64,000 bases of DNA from Lingula anatina (lineage: Eukaryota > Animalia > Brachiopoda), in the NCBI GenBank assembly GCA_051362555.1, contig CM120643.1:5952001-6016000 (forward strand), read 5' to 3'. Below the pieces are notes generated by a model, which saw only the letters and a list, made by a program, of their open reading frames with translations, searched no databases and was not told the origin of the DNA. Below are positions 62,650 through 64,000 of this stretch, in pieces. Within the stretch, counting starts at the first letter, position 1, and the number at the start of each line of letters is the position of its first letter. A program made the translations under genes and the position numbers.

Positions 62650-63457
62650 TAATGTTATCGGAAAGAAATGTCATTATTAATATGCAAAGGAATAGACATA
62701 TTAATAGTGTTATCAGAAAGTAATGTCATCTTTCATGCGTAAATTATCTCTACCGGGTATTATATTTTAAAAATACTAATTTACTTCTCAAAGATAGAAT
62801 CCTTCAACTGATGAAATGTGGAGATGGTGACGGGTTTGTAGAACAAACATTACAGTATTGTAAATGCACCGGATGTGCGCAGAGTGGTAATGTGCATTTA
62901 TTATATGGACAATGCTATGAACGATTGAACGGAACAGGTGGACACACGTTATGAACTACATGGGGTGTAAAAAGTAAGCATTAATCCATTACTTATTTGT
63001 TAGATTCTACTTAATTATATACTACATTCACAATTCATTTAGTTAATCTTGTTTATTTATTTATATTTTTTGTAGTTTTGGACCGTATGTGTAAGCTACA
63101 CCGTTTATGGACGAGTAACCAAAGCGCTCCTCATTCACTATAATAAACTTTGATCATCATATCTACAAAACAGCGTTTGATTTGCAGTAACAAGTATAAA
63201 AGGACAAATGAAGATTAAATTAGATACATGTATCTTGAATTATATTTATAAAGACTACTTTTTCTAACTTGACTAAAGACAGATTTTGGAGTAAAAATTT
63301 CCTCTACAATCCTCTAAGAGAAGGGACATCATCTTGCCTGCTGATGTTATATATAAACAATACATATATAACCCATATTGTAAAAGGCTAACATCCTACA
63401 CCAACTCATCGTTTGATTTTATATTGCATTCTCAGATAACAGAAAATATAGGGGGGC

Positions 63458-63580
63458 ATAAATACACTGTTAGGAAATGGATGGCTGAATGACGGACATA
63501 TTTTAGCGGCGCAAAGACTTATCAAATTGGAATTTCCTTTGTTGTGGGGGCTTTTAGATACACTCCTCTTGGACTCTGGT
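63458..63580 (+). pseudogene. Ulp1-like protease fragment (transposon-associated)
   Basis: LLGNGWLNDGHILAAQRLIKLEFP...GLLDTLL. Confidence 0.6.
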
Positions 63581-63584
63581 TTGG

Positions 63585-64000
63585 AAACTGGTGAGTTGGA
63601 GCAGGGACATAATCCAACAGCTGGATGTTGGCCACCGACTTTACTTCCCAGCTGTTCTAACAGCGAAGTTGGCCTGCAATGTTAAAGTGATCAGTCTCCT
63701 ACGAGAAAGGGGCCTAAAAAACAGCAGCTCACAAATACAAAAGAAGCTTCGTTACAACATACAGACGCCTGGCTCAGAAAGATAGTCCAGTATGGGTCGG
63801 ACTGCGACGCCTTTCACAAAGCTTCCCAGATAGGTCTCATTGCCCCCCCCAGTATTTGTTCAGCCTCTGCCCAGAGAGCATGTTCCCCAACCAAGATGGC
63901 TGATGCATGCATATGCCATTGATGTCATGGACTGGCTTCCTGAACTGAAAGCAGTGCTGACAAGTCAGTTTGGAAATATTTTAAAGCTTGATTCAACTAA
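63585..64000 (+). pseudogene. DUF6729-type putative transposase fragment (frameshifted, runs off the window)
   Basis: SWSRDIIQQLDVGHRLYFPAVLTAKLAC...LLRERGLKNS...QHTDAWL...LKAVLTSQFGNILKLDST. Confidence 0.72.

Overview
AT-rich eukaryotic (invertebrate metazoan) genomic DNA, dominated by repeats and transposon debris, with no prokaryotic features or CRISPR. Main structures: (1) a ~8 kb segmental duplication (~165-8118 vs ~31337-38965) carrying a decayed minus-strand spliced gene with death-fold-like and TRADD-N-like remnants; copy 1 is disrupted by an internally deleted L1/Tx1-type LINE and ends exactly at an Academ-like DNA transposon; (2) LRP2/megalin-like pseudo-exons whose coding sequence has been amplified into two separate tandem repeats; (3) a ~193-bp satellite with higher-order structure surrounding a DUF4806-type pseudogene; (4) an apparently intact 11-coding-exon orphan gene on the + strand (23491-27831, ~221 aa) missed by the ORF track; (5) two Helentron-derived HINE elements carrying 145-146-bp satellite arrays, each unit containing nuclear-receptor DR1 and ERR/SF-1-type motifs; (6) many MITEs (3-, 5- and 6-bp TSDs) and fragments of Harbinger, Penelope, Gypsy, Rex1, RTEX-like, Ginger-like, HIRAN- and DUF6729-type elements. 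All protein family calls come from motif recognition by eye and need HMM/BLAST confirmation.
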